A stretch of 64,000 nucleotides of DNA from Moniliella sp. 'wahieum' (GCA_003971905.1 RSEE01000006.1:620001-684000); one strand, 5' to 3'; positions 26,173 to 39,475 are shown, numbered from the stretch's first letter. Translations and numbers: made by a program. The notes: generated by a model from the letters alone, not told the origin.

Positions 26173-28327
26173 CCAAACGTGTCGTGTGTTTGGTTCCACC
26201 CCCCTCCCCGGCTGGAGGACTGGGGCGTACACAAAATCCTCTTCTTCCATACTGGAGATCCCTTTTTGTTCAAGTAGACCGACCACGAGATAGAGACTTT
26301 TGGACCTTGAAGCTTGAAGCTACATGACTTTGTGTTCTGCTCGTGGGCTAAAAACGCGCTAAAGTCTTCGTATTAGGGAGTGCGGCACGAAGTCAGAAGC
26401 GAAACTACTACCATGATGGCCTATCATATCCCTATTGTTCCTCGCACGACTATAACAGAGGCATGATGGGGGCGCCGCAGTTGTCCCCTCTGCGAATGGA
26501 TGGAACGTTGACAATGTCTGCGAAGCAAGCTTTTTCATCATCACTCAACGGTTGGCCCTCGGGTTTCGCTCCCTGTCAAACAGACACGCGGCAGTGAGAG
26601 GTACCAGGTATCTCAGCCCCCCCGGCCGGCATAGATTCCTGGGATCCATTCGTTCCTGTTGACCTCACCCTCTGGTTCTTGATTCATCTTCTTCGCCCTC
26701 TTTCCCCCTCTAAAACCGGTCTGGCTTTGTTCCATTCTTCGAACTGCGATCCCAATCCCGACCACCCTCCTGCAATCTGGCGTTTCACGGCGGTAAGGCA
26801 CGCCGGGGGAGAAACAGAGACGCAGGATGCCGACTCCGTGCAGGGCTGGGGCTGGAAGGGTACGGTGGACGCGCGCGCAGGAGCGCGCGACGGGGCCGGC
26901 CGTGTCGGCTACCCAGCGACTGAAGGCCAATACTCGGGGAAGAACGGCGGTACCGGTCCGGGGAAGAGGAAGATGGGTGGAATCGCACGTGATGCGAGGT
27001 GGTTGTGGACCAGATCGGACCTTCTTCGGGGTGTTGGGATGGTAGACTAACCGATGGTCTGCCCTCCGTCGGGAATCGAGCGCCCGGGGAAACATCATTA
27101 TCCAGTGCGGAACCAACGAAGACAGTGGTTTGGTTTCTGGCCAGGAGTAGGGAGCGTTGAATGCGTGTCCAACGGGCAGAAGGGGAGAAGGGGACAGCGC
27201 CCCCCACCGGCCCCCTCTGGGGCGCATCAAAGCCAACCGTGGGGTGGGCAGTTCTCTCCTGCCCCGGCAGAGGGGGTGGAAATAGAGTGCTATGCTCTTT
27301 CGTAGGTGCGGGGGGGGGGGCATCAGCCAACGACGTGCCTCCATTGCATGCATCCATTGCTGCTTATACACAGAGTACTGTGCGCGGGAAAAAGGTGGAA
27401 GCGGGACGACGTACCATGGATCAAGAGCTTGGTGTTGTCTCCCCCTTGGACGGGAGAAGAATACACTGCGATTCGACCTCTCCTATCGGGATTGGGAGAG
27501 GAAAAGAGGCGCATGAGGCGCATGGCGGCTTGGGAGGCGCTTGGTGGAGTAGGAGTATTGTTTACAGAAGGCTGAGAGGAGAGGAGAGGCAGCTCTGGAT
27601 GCAGGTACGCGCGGATGGGTTTGGGACAGGAGGGAATGGAGACGGCCGATTTCAAGACCTGGGGGGAGGGGGTCAGAAAGACGGGCGGCCCAGCTAGCAA
27701 CAGAGGGGTTGAAGGTGGGCAAGCCGCGTCCTCTTCGCTTGGGAGATGCGCCACCAATGCTGTGTTGGGCCTGGGTTGGGGGATGGATGCATGCCAGTTT
27801 CTTGACCCTCTGCTGTTGTCGAGCGCTGGGATGGGGCGAGGGGTTGGCATGACGGTCGGGGGAATGTGGGAGAAGGGCATATGGGGGGGGGCGCGGTGTG
27901 GAGAGAAATGGAGATGTCGGGGTAGGCAGAATGCGAGAAAAGGGAAGGCCCCAGATGGTCGACGCTAGTGTTGCCCCATGCAAAGTAAATGCCAAAAGGG
28001 ACGCGCGCAGATCCGACCAAAAGCGTTATGCGCGAGCGAATGAGCCCCGGCAATAATAGAGCAAGGGAACATCGCTATCGAGAGGGCATAGGCAATCCTC
28101 TTGTGATGGGCGTGTGTCCAGTAGCGACATCCAGCTTGACGCTTCTAAAGAGAGCCGGCCATCAGTACTTCAATACTTACTTACTCGACAGTCGCCCCAT
28201 GACCAATTGATAACATCGCACGGATCGGAGTCGCGGGAGATAATTCACGACGAGGAACCACATGTCTGGTTGATGCAACGACGGGCTGAAATGTAAAAGT
28301 TGAAACTTGAAGCATGGAGGACATGTA

Positions 28328-28360
28328 TCATGCATCATGCATCATGCATCATGCATCATG
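28328..28360. repeat. 7-bp-period array (TCA TGCA)x4+
   Basis: tcatgcatcatgcatcatgcatcatgcatcatg. Confidence 0.9.
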
Positions 28361-28760
28361 GGCCATGCCCATTTCAAATTTCAGGTGACGTAGGGCTGAC
28401 GCGCTGACGCAGCGCAACTTGGTCACAAGAGCCTCTTGTCTGCCCTCCATCTAACACCAATGACTAAGACGTGCCTCTGAGATTTGACGGACGGCTCGGA
28501 ACTCGGCGAGTACTGGTACTGGAACTGACCGGGGCCTGTTCGACGGTTCCGATGGCAAAGGTTCCCAATGAATGGTGCTGCTGCGTTGCAGGCCTGGTCG
28601 ATACAAGAGGCATGATGCTGATGCACTTGATGGATGGAGCGTGGGTTTGAAATCAAGCTAATCAAGACAAGTGCAGTATCCGGTCATCGTCATCGAGGTC
28701 GTCGCTGATTGATACCGGGAGCAGGCTGCCATGTGGGTGGGAAGGGGTGGGGCCTGGGGG

Positions 28761-28798
28761 CGCGTGACGCGTGACGCGCGGGGCGGCGTGACGCGTGA
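28761..28798. repeat. 7-bp-period array (TGA CGCG)n upstream of syntaxin
   Basis: cgcgtgacgcgtgacgcg ... gtgacgcgtga. Confidence 0.8.
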
Positions 28799-29284
28799 GG
28801 TAACGCCTGAGGCGGTGGCTCAACATGACTGCACCGTCACGCGTCAGCGTCACTGCGGGGCGCCCGCCATGCGGCCGCCGGCCACTGCCATCCGCCCTCG
28901 GCGAACCTCGCCCAAAAGTGGCAGCGCAACGCCCTCGCGCCACGGGGGCAGTATCCCCTTGCGCGCGCTGGCTGGCAGGCACTGCAGGCCCCCCGGGCAC
29001 GGTGGGCGCATCCCCAGGAGGGTGCCACAGGGTGCCGCGCAGCGCCGCGCGCCGTCCCCGCTTAGCTCAGCGGTGCCCCACACTGCCCCCCTGCGCACCC
29101 GCCAAACCAAACCTTTTCGCCCCGGCTTCTTCTGCGCCCGCGTCAACAGCGCCGATCAGCTCAGCCACAGCAGCCAAGCAGGTGAGTACGAGGAGCTCGC
29201 ACGCCAGTTGCCCATTCGGCCGCCACCACCACCACCCCCACCCCCGCCCACCCCTCCCCGCTTCTCCCTCCCTGCATCTTCCCC

Positions 29285-30390
29285 ATGGCGCGCGACCGCT
29301 TGGCCGCCATGCGCGCCCAGCAGCAGGTCCACTCGGACCTGCGTACGACGCCCCCGCTGCCGGTGGCTACGCTGCTCCTAACTACGACACGCCCGCCGCT
29401 GCTCCCTATGCCCCGACGCAGGCCTACGGCACCCCGCAAGAGTACGAGATGCGTCCTGTCGATGGTGCTGGTGGCGCCGCCCCAATGCGGCCGTCTCGTT
29501 CCTCAACGAGATTACCGAGCTCCAGACCACCCTCTCTGCCATCGACGGCAACATTGCCAAGATTGCCGACGCGCATTCGCGCAGCCTCAACGGCGCCGAC
29601 GAGGCTGCCTCGGCTGCGGCCGAAGCTGAGCTGGTGACACTTACGTCTCAAACCAGGGGGCTGACCAATGCGACCAAGACCCGAATCCAAGTCCTGGCTA
29701 CGCGGGCCAACAAGCTCCCCGCCGGCAAGGACAAGAACATGCAAGAGTCGCAGCTGAAAGCGATTAAGAGTCGGTTTAAGGATGCCATCCGTCGGTACCA
29801 ACAGCTGGAGAACGACTACCAGCGCAAGTACCGTGCTCGCGCTGAGCGTCAGTTTAAGATTGTCAATCCTTCTGCCACTCAACAAGAGATTGACGCTGCG
29901 ATGGACGAGCCCAACTCTCAGCTCTTTGCGCAAGCCCTCCTCTCCTCCAACCGACACGGCCACCCACACTTCGCGAGGTGCAGGACCGCCATGCAGAGAT
30001 CAAAAAGATCGAACAGACTATGGCCGAGCTGGCACAGCTCTTCAATGATGTCGACATTCTTCTTACCGAACAAGACGAACAAATTGATGTGGTCGCTGGC
30101 CATGGTCAAGATGTGGAACGTCACATGAACCAAGGTCTTGACTCGACCAAGAAGGCTGTTGTTCGGCCCGCAAGGCCCGCAAAAAGAGGATCATTTGCTT
30201 CTGGATCGTACGTTTGTTTTCCCGCGTCTTAAGGGGTCCCACTGACTTGGTTGCCTTTGCTATTGCCTTGGTCAAACATAGCTTGTCATCCTGGTGGTCA
30301 TTATTCTCGCTGTTGTTCTGGGTGCCGTTTGCGGATCGGGCAACTGCTCTTCCAGCCACCATGACAATACAACAATAACAACAACAACTA
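29285..30390 (+). CDS. SSO1: Plasma-membrane syntaxin t-SNARE (Sso1/Sso2), intron 30208-30281, frameshifted; stop approximate
   Basis: MARDRLAAMRAQQ, RFKDAIRRYQQLENDYQRKYRARAERQFKIVNPSAT, QLFAQALL, SNARE motif EVQDRHAEIKKIEQTMAELAQLFNDVDILLTEQDEQID, C-terminal TM ICFWI|LVILVVIILAVVLG. Confidence 0.92.
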
Positions 30391-31288
30391 ACCTCTTTGC
30401 ACCTTCGACCTGGGGGCATCGGTCCTTCCTCCTCGTTGTCTCGTGCTCTTTTTTTTTTCTGCACTCATTTTCTCTGTGTGGGCCCTTGTCATTCCTCTCG
30501 CTTTCTTTTTCCTTGGCGAAGGTTGGCACGCTCTCTTGCTCATCCAATCGTTTTTACCTTGGAGGACGCACAACGGGCATACCTGAGGCCTTATACCTGG
30601 CTCGCCACTTATTTCTATCCAAGACCATTCCTGTTGTTCCATGGTGTCTGGTGTCTGGTGCTCTAGTGGCTCTGCCCTCGCTCCAATGGATGCGTCTAGG
30701 CTGTGGGTCGGCACGCTGGTGTTGTGATCGCGCGGAAGCTGGTATGCGCCTCACCGGTTTACCGGGTCCTTCTTTCCTCCTTTGATGGCTTCCTTTATTG
30801 GTCATGTCCCCAGTGTACGACCAGCAACAGACTTTTTTACTTTTCCTGCCTCTCCCATCCCTTCACGAGTACTTGGATAGACGTGACGTATGCCCGCCCC
30901 GCGCACTTCCGGCATAGGCCCCACATAATCGTTCGTTTTTCTCGCGGCTTCGAGAGGGAGAGACGTCTATACTGATGTCCGGATGAGCGTGTACACTGCA
31001 TGTGTGAGGCACCGGACGCCCCTGCAGCTCCCATATTTTCAGTCAAGCTTCAAGCTGCAACAAGGCTTGCCTTGTTTGGGAGTCAGAGTTGGGGCACGTT
31101 CCTACATGGATGATGCCAACTCAGCGTGCTTAGCCTGACCGCCCGACGCTCTAAATCGCTCAACATATAGCCGACCCCCAGTTTTAGGCGACATCAGGTG
31201 CTCAGGGCCTCAGCCTGAGAGGCCGGAGGCCAGGATCGGGCCCCAGGGCGATGTTGCGCGACGACTTGCGCTGCTTTTGCAGTTGGGG

Positions 31289-31307
31289 TGACCGGTGACC
31301 GGTGACC
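31289..31307. repeat. 7-bp-period array (TGA CCGG)n
   Basis: tgaccggtgaccggtgacc. Confidence 0.85.
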
Positions 31308-31670
31308 CGCTGACCTACGGGCCGCTCTTTCTAGCCCCACCAAGCCCCACCTCCTGTAACAGTCGGGGCTAAACGAGGGAGACCAAGGTCCTGTCAGAGG
31401 CGGGGGGAAAGGCAAGATCGTTCGTGGGAGGAAACAGAAGGCATCAGGCAGAGAACAGAAGCAAAAGGGAAGGGAAGAGCGAGAGACACAGGATGCGGAA
31501 TTGGAAATTGGAGCGAGCTTAGTCATTCGGTGACACCTCCATCGCATCACTCAAACTGTGGCTTGCGTGTGGGGTGTGTGAAGGATTGTGTGCAAAGGGC
31601 GACCAAAGCATGCATAAACCGTACCATTGCAATAGCCTATGAACCCACGTTAGCCAGCTCACTCATGAAA

Positions 31671-31766
31671 GCGGCTGTAGTTTAAAGGTAGAATTTTAGC
31701 CTTCCAAGTTGGTTATGAACTGGCAGGGGGCAGCTGAAGGTTCGGGTTCGATTCCCGGCGGCCGCA
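31671..31766 (+). tRNA. tRNA-Gly(TCC) with a 25-nt canonical intron (31707-31731)
   Basis: Acceptor GCGGCTG/CGGCCGC with discriminator A; anticodon stem TTAGC/GCTGA; loop CT-TCC-A|intron|A; T arm TCGGG-TTCGATT-CCCGG. Confidence 0.92.
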
Positions 31767-31768
31767 CA

Positions 31769-31774
31769 TTTTTT
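31769..31774 (+). terminator. RNA polymerase III terminator (T6) of tRNA-Gly
   Basis: TTTTTT 2 nt downstream of the tRNA 3' end. Confidence 0.85.
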
Positions 31775-32482
31775 GCTTTTGCTGTGCAACCCCACCACAA
31801 TGCTGCTTCTTTTTCATCTTGTTTTTGGTAGTGAATCTGTTCCCTTCGCAAGACCCATGCCAGAACATATGAAGTGGACGCTTCGCATTCGTGGATCGCT
31901 GATCCGGCGTTTGTTGGTTAAGACGCCAAAATGGCATTCCCAATATGGACTAGGGCTGCTTGAATGGCACTGGCCATATGGTTCCGTCGTTTCCAAAAAC
32001 TGGCCGGGTGGAGCATTGTGCGCCGGCAGAAAAGTACGGAAGAGTAGGAGGGCGTGGACGCGTAGAGCGGCGTGAATCAGATTACACTTTGGGCGAGATG
32101 GACCGGCAACCCTGCTTCAAGCTTCAAGTGGCTTGACTAGCGACGAGTGCCAGCGGAACCACCGAGTGGCGGAATGGAGCACGTGATGGTTATCTCGCTG
32201 GCACTGATCATTGATCTGCTGGCCGATTGCGGGGGGGCAGGCCTAGGCCGCCTGGCCCTATCGAGAGGACAACCGAGGAACGCGACCCTTCCTGCTGCCT
32301 CTCCAGCCCACCATCCTCACCATCTCCACCATCCCCACCATCCCCTACTCCATCGCCATCTCATCGTCGCCATCCCAATCCCAATTCAAATCCCCATTCA
32401 AATCCCAGTCCCAGTGCTGACGCACACCGCCCTCCCCCATTGGCCCGCGGTGTGCGTTTGACGACACCTACATCGCTTTGGC

Positions 32483-35400
32483 ATGCACGTCTACAGCGCC
32501 CACGATGGGGCCATCATCCACGCGGTCGACCAGCCCCTTCGCGCATTTGGCTCCGTCAATGCCTTGGCCGATGTTATATCTCTCGTCACTGGCATTGTCG
32601 CTGATGCCGTCATTCTCATCACCGACGATGGTGCACAACTAACCGACGACCTCCTCGCCCAGCTCACGGATGCACCATCGCCCGCTGCATCTCAGCCGAT
32701 ACCTCCTCTGCGTTCTGACCCGACCTCTTTGTATTTTCTCGACATCTTGTCTGCTGAGCCCGAACTTGTTGCCCCTTCGCTCCAGGAACCCCTTGCTCTT
32801 GAACCTGTCCTAGGAGGTACGCTGTGCTGCTTTCCTTGCTTTGCACCATGGCGCGATCTGACATTACCCATTACCCCCCTGTTCACAGCAATGCAAGTTG
32901 CCCGCCCTCCAACACCCAACTCGCTCCAGGAATTGTTGGTCTATGCAGAACGTGCTACGGCCATCATTGTTGTTCATGCTGAGCGCGCTCATGCCTTGCT
33001 CAACAGTATGGAGGTCGTCCGCAAGGGCTCCCAGGTGGCCTTGTACAATTTGATACAACACGCTGAGAGCATTCAACAGGCATCCAATGTGTTGCAAAGT
33101 TCATGTCGCCTTGAGCTATCTCGCATGCGTGCACTGCTTGATGCCTGCGAGGGAGCCTTGGCTGCCTTGGACCTTGTCAACGTCCGCCACGAGCTGCTTG
33201 TATCTGCTCCGTACCATGGGACCGGGTCCAGCAGTACTGAGAGCACATTCCAATCTCCTCCTCCAGTGCGCACGCTCAGCAGCTGGATTAACAAAGACCG
33301 CATGCGCAGCGTGGCGGCGCAAGGACAAGTCGTGTACGAGAAAATATTGCACCAAATTGAGGTGATTGAGGAGAATGGGAGGCAGCATCAAGCTGCCATG
33401 GCGGCCTTGCAAGACGAGGCGGGTCCTGCATCGACTCAGTTTGCCAGCGACTCGCGCGATGAGGCAATTCAAGCGTCGAGCCGAACCCAAGAGTTGGCCC
33501 AGTACATGTTTGGGGTTGCCTCTCCCGACCAGAATGGATGGCCTGTGGCGCATAAGCTCAATGATGCCGAACTTGGATCTTTGGCTATGGCAACCGATGA
33601 GCTGATTCTGTGTGACGAGGTGGCCCGCGACGCCATCCGACGTCTCACTACCGAGCTCAACACGGCTCGCACTGCTGCGGTTCACCATCTTTCCGACATC
33701 TCCCACCTGCAGAGCGTTTATGCTGACTATGGCGGAGAAATCGCCATGGCTCAAAATACGCTTCCTATTCCCCCTACGCCTGACGGACCAATCAAGGTCG
33801 AGTACTTTCGCTATCTGCAACGGCTTATCTCCATCCTCCCTGCATATGGAGCTACAGTGGCAGAGGGTCCGCCGCGCTGAGTTTACCCAAGCGTTCCTAG
33901 ACTACTCCACGTCCTTTGCTCAGTTGATGGTCGACTTCAGTATGGATGATCACCGCAAGCGCCAACGATACGACCACGATCATCGCAAACACTTACCTTG
34001 GGAAATACGCGGTCTTGATAAGGATCCACCCAGCTTGCACATCAAGACGGAACGCACCGAATCTGAACCACCCAGTACACGGCCCACCCGGGAGCACATT
34101 TACGAGCTGTTGGAGCTTCTCGGGCGTATCGATGAAGCTTGGGTATTCCCCCTCCTCAACGATCTCGTGCTGGTCTCGGAAAGGGACTAACACTGCTGTT
34201 GTCATTGTCCCTGATGGTACCAGTAGTGACATCCAAGACCGTCCTCCATCTCCTGCCCGGCAATCTGTCGCGGCGGGAGTGGGACCGAGCCCGACCCAAG
34301 CTACACGCGACCTCTTGAACGAGCTCTTGGTCGAGATGGACGGCGTAGCTGATCGGTTTGAGCAACTTGTTGAGGCACACTGCTCGGCGAGGGTTCGATT
34401 GACTCTTCGGCTTCCGGCACCACGGAAAGTCATTCCAGCCCTGACGCTCAGTCGGACCCGTTCGACGTGCGCATCAACAAACCAGTTGATGAGAACTTCC
34501 TACTCGCCCTCGTGCACTCAAACGGCTTTTGCTGCAGGAGCGCAAGGAACACAAGAAGCGAATCCAGGCGATTCAGGAAGAGCGGGATGGCTTTGGAAGC
34601 AAGCCCGGGACCGAGGGGAAGCACACCGCAAAGCGGCTGAGATGGAGGAGCTCCAGGCGACCGTGCGTCATCTTCGTGTGCAGGCGGACACAAACCACCA
34701 ACGCCATCTGAATATGGTGGATGCAGTGACAGCCCAACGAAGGGAGCTCGAGGCTCTCCGTCGCGCCGACCGGGATGCCCGACAGGCTGCAGACGAAGAT
34801 GCGGTGCGCATCGCCGAGCTGGAAGAATCTCTCGCCGCGGCTCAAGCCGAGGTGCAAGTTCAAGTCGACTAGTCTCGACAGCTCAGGCCGCCCAAGCTGC
34901 TGCGGAAGCCAAGGCCCAAGAAATCCCCGAGAATCACCTTTGCACCGCGCTGAACTGGTCGCCGCCCAGACTGAGGCGGCCGAGCTTCGTGCCGAAGTGG
35001 CTTCTCTTCGTACTCAACTCGCCCGTCAGCAAGAGGCTACAAGGAACGCTGAGCATGAGAAGGAACGAATCAAACGATCGGCACGAGCTGAGGCAGATGC
35101 TGACGCTGCACTCGTTGCGAGTGCAGCAGTGTATTGGTCGGCCGCCCGCGATTTGGGTTCTGCACGCCGGGCAGCCCGTGTAGCAGCAGCAGACGCGGAT
35201 GCATTGACGGAAGCTTTGGCTGCTTTGCGCACACAGCTTGCTGCTGCAGACGAGGACCATGTCCAGTTGACTCGACGGGTCGACTCTGCCGAACGGGCAA
35301 GGCAAGCGGCAAACACGGCAGCAGCAACTGCCAATGAAAGGTACATAGCTCTTTTGTCCCCAGCAGCTCAATGGGCCCATTCACTCCTGGCAGTGCGAGC

Positions 35401-38117
35401 AGCACTGCTAGCCATGCCGCGATGGCGAGCCGGTCTTCTGCGCATTCCACTACGGTTCCCATTTCTGCCGCAACGTCTCCGTCGCGAGATGCACTGATTG
35501 CTGCACCTGGCGTGGCTGCAGAAGAGAATGACCGTCTGCACCAAGTTCAAGACCGGGCTTTAGATGAATTCCTTACAGCCTTGATGGCCGCTGCGCCAAA
35601 GATGGGTCTATCGACTGCTGCTCTGGCAGGGCCTGCAAAGGATTCCTCGCAGGTTGTTCGCCAACGCTCTGCATCGGCGGTAGATGCTTCCGGCCGGAGG
35701 CACATCAACGGTGTGGATACGTCTTTGCCTGGCTCACCAACCGTTTCGCCCAAGTCGGTCCCAGTCATGCATCAAACCTTAACCTGCTCCTTTGACGACT
35801 AACTCCGGAGGTTCCTCTTCCCCAATGCTGGCCGACGGTTTGGAAGCAAAGACCCCGTCCATGGTGCGACCGGATGGTCGCAAGACCGTCTTCGCGCATC
35901 TCGAGGACGAAATGGAGAACAGTATCAGTCGGACGCTTTATCATGAATAAGGCTGGCTTGGTGACTGCCTCGGATCCTGAAGGGGTGGACGAGCGCTTGG
36001 AATTTGGCATCATGGATCAAGAGTTGCTCGAGCTCGAATCAGCGCTGGGGCATGTGTTCTCTGTATTTGCACCGTCGACCATCTCCTCTGAGGCCAAGGG
36101 CAAGCTGGAAAGCCTAGTGCGTGTGGTAAAGAAGTGGATGAAGGCCTACCGCTCGGTCAAGGACAACCTCGACCGCGTGCGCACTCGCACTGGAGCAGCC
36201 CCTTCGGCGGCGTCGGTACCCGTGGGCACCGGAACGACCATGAGTGCTTCCATTGTATCTCAGCCACAGCACACACCAGCCAGTCGGGCCCTTGTGCACG
36301 CACTTCCTGTACACGCTCGTCCGTTTTTCTCTCGGCCAGATGGAGACCATTTGGCCTTTACCTCTTTCCTTCCTGGCGATTTGGCACTCTTCCTCCCCAC
36401 ACGCGAACCCGGCTCGCGCCCGACCCCCTAACCCTCTCACCTGCTGGGCCGCCTTCAACGTTTCAGCTCCGCACCACTTTTTGAACACGCTCCCCTCAAG
36501 TCTCAGCTGGACCTGAGGAGAGTGCCGCACACACCGCATCTCTTGTCCAGGGGAAGCAGTGGCTTGTCCCGCGTGACGCGAGTGGCGGTCTATGCTGCTG
36601 GGTCCCCGAGCCTCTAGTGGTGGTGCCCAGCATGGATGACTCGAAGCCCCTCATTCCTCACCCCGAGTACCACCGAATCGGAACCATTCATGACGAACCC
36701 CTTCCGCCTGCCTGTGGGGCTCACATACTTTATACTCGATGCGGTGGAGTACCACGCACCTCCTAATCCAGCTGCTGCGTTACCCCCCGCCTTGCCTGCC
36801 CCGTCAACGCCGGCACACGTGAGAGGCTCAAGCCCTCCGCCTCGCCCCCGGACCACACCCCCTGGAAACAAGGGCCCCACCTCTGTCCACCACTCCGCTG
36901 CCGCCGTCGTCCCATGTGGCTTCCACCCCGGAACTAGATCGTCAACTGCCCGGATCCTGTTACGCCCGTGGCCAGTGCGACATTGGATGACGCGCCAGCG
37001 GAGATTAAACCCGAGCTACCCAGGAGGCTCACCAACCCTGCTGGAGTGGGTACAGTTGGACTGAGGGCATTCCTCCCCTCGCTTGGGGAATGCCGGGGCC
37101 CCTCTGTAGCGGTAGGAGGGGCAACCCACGGCGGAGGGCATTCTAGTGGGGGGCTTTTGGATGCCATGCGGCCGCCTCCTTTGCGCCCCCTATCTGCCCC
37201 ATTGGCTGCATTCGATCGCCGCCAGCACCGGACTCCTTCAGAGTGCGGGGCGGTGCCCGATGACGCCCCGGGTGCAGTAGCTGTCCCGATCCCCCGTCGA
37301 GTCAGGGTGCCTCCATACCGGCCAATGTAACAAACCCTTTTTCATCATCACCTGCCACGGTGCTTCCACCAGTTGTGACTGATGTGGGTACATCTGCATC
37401 CCCCCTTGGTGCAACATCGACATACGCGGGTGTGCTGGGTGGGGTACCACAACCCATTCGGTGCACTCTTCGCCTAACGCCGATTTGCTCCCCTCCAGAG
37501 ACAACACCATCATCCAGGCACTAGGAACCGCAGGCCCGTCGTCGGGATTTCCGGCGCCGCCACACGCTGCCACCCTCTCAGTCGTTCAAAGCGGAGCAAG
37601 CGGAAGCAACATTCCAGCCACTCGGGAAGTGCCCAGGCTCCTATGGTACGCGCTCGCATTCAGGCCAGTCGACAGTCAGTGCGGTCCACAGTGTTGTTTC
37701 CATCTCAGCCAAAAGCGCGAAGGCGGTTGCTCAGCTGGCCTTGACGTCGACCTCGGGACCGTCAGGCCACGTTCGGGCGCCATGGGTCTCTCAGAGAGCT
37801 ACAACTTGCGTGCTCCACCCCTTTGCAGGGCCTAGCTTGGCTACTCCGCAAGAAGGACACGAGCTAGAGTCGTTGTCACTCGAGGCACGTGTTCCTTCGA
37901 AGGGTGGCAAGGAGGCTCTCGTTTGTCGGCTTCCCATCTGGCTGCGGCCCAGGGCGGTTTGGCTTTCAAACGACCCGCTCAGACTTTGCCTACTCGTCGT
38001 CCTTCCACCGCATTGAATCGTTGCGGCGACTTTTGCCGCCCGAGTGAGCGAGGTATTCAAGTCGGTTCTCAAGACGGCGCTCGAGAAGTGGCCTGCGCAC
38101 CAAGTGACTTGCTCTGA
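32483..38117 (+). CDS. ATG11: Autophagy-related protein 11 (Atg11/FIP200 family), multi-exon, frameshifted; 3' end uncertain beyond ~36800
   Basis: N-terminal MHVYSAHDG..ISLVTGIVADAVILITDDGAQL; Atg17-like helical region (ILPAYGATVAE.., HRKHLPWEIRGLD); long coiled coils; C-terminal claw motifs HLAFTSFLPGDLALFLPTR, WAAFNVSAPHHFL, NPFRLPVGLTYFILDA. Confidence 0.85.
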
Positions 38118-38772
38118 TAGGTGCAGCACCATACTTATGCATGCGCACATTTCCCGTTTCTAGCATGGATGGTAGGTATAGATACGGGAGCAGGCGTGGG
38201 CTATTTTGCTCCTGAGCCAAAGGTAACTGCCACAGGAGACAACCAAAGTAATAGCTGCTGTGGGCCCACATTTGATCGAGTTATACGCTCGGAAACCCCG
38301 CGCCTTCTACGTCGACTGGAGTCACCAAACAGGGCATCCACCCCCCCCACCCAACATCAGGAATCAAAAAGGCGGTTCGACGCTTTAAGTAACCGTATTG
38401 TTGAACCAGACCAGTAAACTTAAACGTTGTCCAATCAAGTCGACCTTTTGCCCGCGTCTTTGCTACCCACCATCTGGTCCATTCGGGTTGAGCGGCTTGG
38501 GATGACGGCGGTCCTGCACTTGCAAGGCCAGACGCTCCAACCTGTCTGTGGATACTGTCCTTCGTGCGCTACTGGGCTTGAAGGATGAAGTTCAAGCTTG
38601 ACACGTTGACGACAGAAGTAGGAGGTAGATGCTGGCAGGTCCATCGGGCCGATCAGGCTGTGTTCATCGAATCTGTTCGACCGTCGAGTATTGATCCCCT
38701 GCGAGAAACACATTTCAATCCACTCGGCAAGATTGAACAAAACGTCCATCGATTGCAACCAGGCAGGGCAAC

Positions 38773-38846
38773 TCGAAACCCTAACGCAGGGGGGTGTCGA
38801 AACCCTAGCACACCTTGCTGCGGCGTGTTTTCGTTTCCAACCCTAG
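38773..38846 (+). promoter_or_regulatory. Three telo-box-like motifs (AAACCCTA / AACCCTAG) in the RPS24 promoter
   Basis: TCGAAACCCTA at 38773-38783 and 38797-38807, AACCCTAG at 38839-38846, 70-145 bp upstream of the ATG. Confidence 0.7.
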
Positions 38847-38917
38847 TGGGGGACGGCATGGCCACCGCCTCCGCCTCCGCCGGGTTGGCACCGCCGTGTC
38901 TCCACCAAGCACTCAAG

Positions 38918-39475
38918 ATGGTACGTTGCATGCCCTGTCTGCATCGGTTTGGAGCCACCCATTCCGGTCCTTACGTCGCGCCGCTCGTCTTCGGTGGCCG
39001 TAAGGATTGTATGGTCTGCCTGGGTCACTTGGGTGGCAGAGCGATGAGGGCACACGACTGACAAATCTGGTGGCCAGGACCCCAACTCGCCCGTGACACT
39101 GCGCACGCGCAAGTTTATGCGCAACGCTCTCCTCCAGCGTCGCCAGTGCGTCCAGGTCATCCACCCGCTCGCCCCAACGTGAGCCGCGCTGAGCTGTCGG
39201 AGAAGCTCGGTGCGCTGTACAAGGCGCCGGCCGAGCAGGTGGTCACCTTTGGCCTCCGCACCCACTTTGGTGGTGGCCGCACCACTGGCTTTGCTCTCAT
39301 CTACGACTCGGCTGAGGCGCAGAAGAAGTTCGAGCCCAAGTTCCGCCTCGTCCGCTCGGGTCTGGCCGAGAAGGTTGAGGGCGCCGGTCGCAAGCTCAGG
39401 AAGGAGCGCAAGAACCGCGCCAAGAAGTTCTTTGGCACGGCTAAGAACAAGGCGTCGGACAACAAGAAGAAGTAA
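38918..39475 (+). CDS. RPS24: 40S ribosomal protein S24 (eS24); ATG-only first exon, intron 38921-39077
   Basis: [90 protein letters not shown]. Confidence 0.95.

Noticed and set aside
26613..28053. Protein-coding gene from overlapping minus-strand ORFs
   Set aside because: No recognisable motif, no clear start or splice structure; cannot be supported without a search.
31671..31766. Bacterial origin of the tRNA-Gly (anticodon arm resembles bacterial Gly-TCC)
   Set aside because: It has a canonical eukaryotic intron position, an A discriminator, no encoded CCA and a Pol III T-run.
38921..39077. H/ACA or C/D snoRNA in the RPS24 intron
   Set aside because: No convincing ANANNA hinge or properly placed C/D boxes by eye; kept only as a structured intron.
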